From Halalkalibacterium halodurans (GTDB taxonomy: Bacteria; Bacillota; Bacilli; Bacillales; Bacillaceae_D): a stretch of DNA of 17,104 nt. Where the stretch lies: positions 1-17,104 of the forward strand of contig NZ_SNUY01000077.1 of assembly GCF_004376175.1 (NCBI RefSeq), read 5' to 3'. The notes under the pieces are model-generated. The model worked only from the letters and a program-made list of their open reading frames with translations, ran no database searches and was not told the origin of the DNA. The translations under genes and the position numbers were made by a program. The stretch's first letter is position 1; every line of letters begins with the position of its first letter. Of this stretch, positions 16,445 through 17,104 are shown one piece after another.

Positions 16445-17104
16445 TTTTTCCTTCTGAAAGCATAGATTTGAGCCTGTGAACCATAATCCTTTTTCCAATC
16501 ACGAACCTTCTCCAACGGTTGTGTCTCCCTCGACTTATCATTGCAAGGATACTCATATACAATCACATTGATCGGCTTCTGTGACTTCCTGTTGCTATCC
16601 TCATACTCTTCTAAATCAATTAATCCATATTCCCATAATGGTTGCAGATACTTTTTATATAAGGTTGGTTTTGATACTCCTAACCTTTCAGCCAACTTCT
16701 CCAACGACTGGGGAACTCTATCAATATCATCCTTCGCTCTAGCTTTATCACTACGGTCAACAAACGTATGAAACTTCAACCAAACACAAAACGTTTTTTC
16801 TCCGAGCTTGTCCATCCAATCATCCGCAGCTATAAAATGAATGGTAGGTAATCGTAATTCTTCTCTCTTTTTCTTCCCCTGTTTAAAATTCAATGTGTTT
16901 TCAGTCATAACAAAAAACCCTCTCTCTTTTTCATTTAATAGAAAAGAAACAGGGTTCAGGACAAATTACCAAATATTAACCTGAATTATTCATACCTCGA
17001 ACATAAATCAGGGTTTTAGGCCAAAAACGATTAGATTCCCGATCCCTTTGAAAGAATCATGGTTATTTTTCTTCTGAAAAGCATCTTTCTAGAATGAGGA
17101 GCGG

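Larger units (their letters stand above)
16192..16908 (-). pseudogene. Winged-helix replication-initiator-like gene (RepA_N plasmid type or phage replisome-organizer type), apparently 3'-truncated at the glmS junction
   Basis: The ORF starts at 16908 (AGAGGG SD). The N-terminal ~120 aa are ...FIAADDWMDKLGEKTFCVWLKFHTFVDRS...VPQSLEKLAERLGVSKPTLYKKYLQPLWEYGLIDLEEYE...KPINVIVYEYP. A repeat-encoded N/S/T/K-rich middle follows. There is no stop until 15871, after the frame has crossed the glmS terminator and 236 nt of glmS antisense. The region is AT-rich compared with its flanks. Confidence 0.55.

Overview
This looks like a chromosomal segment from a Bacillaceae-type Firmicute. GC is in the mid-40s by eye, and the sigW-rsiW-cdaA-cdaR-glmM-glmS order matches the conserved Bacillus arrangement. 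All family assignments rest on motifs read by eye; no database search was possible.

Contents from left to right:
1. The 5' end of a leftward zinc-ribbon, transposase-like gene that runs off the window.
2. A urease cluster, ureB-ureC-ureE-ureF-ureG-ureD, with no ureA next to it.
3. A ZnuA-type metal-binding lipoprotein with a His-rich loop. It is translationally coupled to ureD and has no permease or ATPase partner.
4. Mobile-element debris: a frameshifted 3' remnant of an IS1182-type transposase, and a small ORF resembling the C-terminus of Rpn/YhgA nucleases.
5. An 8-gene tRNA operon (Glu-Val-Thr-Tyr-Gln-Lys-Gly-Ala) with a clear sigA promoter and terminator. It contains a 118-bp near-identical duplication that includes the first 27 nt of tRNA-Thr.
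6. A 52-aa Spo0E-family ORF that is below the ORF-track size cutoff.
7. sigW with its TGAAAC-N16-CGTATA promoter, rsiW, cdaA-cdaR-glmM, the glmS ribozyme and glmS.
8. Directly after the glmS terminator, an AT-rich, apparently foreign segment. Its first gene is a winged-helix replication-initiator-like ORF with 24-bp iterons inside its own coding sequence. That reading frame runs through the glmS terminator into glmS antisense, so it is probably 3'-truncated.

I do not see a complete, convincing novel multi-gene system inside this window. The items most worth follow-up are the replicon-like island at the glmS 3' hotspot (most of it lies beyond the window), the tRNA-Thr partial duplication, the ureA-less urease operon next to an IS-like gene, and the orphan metal-binding protein fused to the urease operon.
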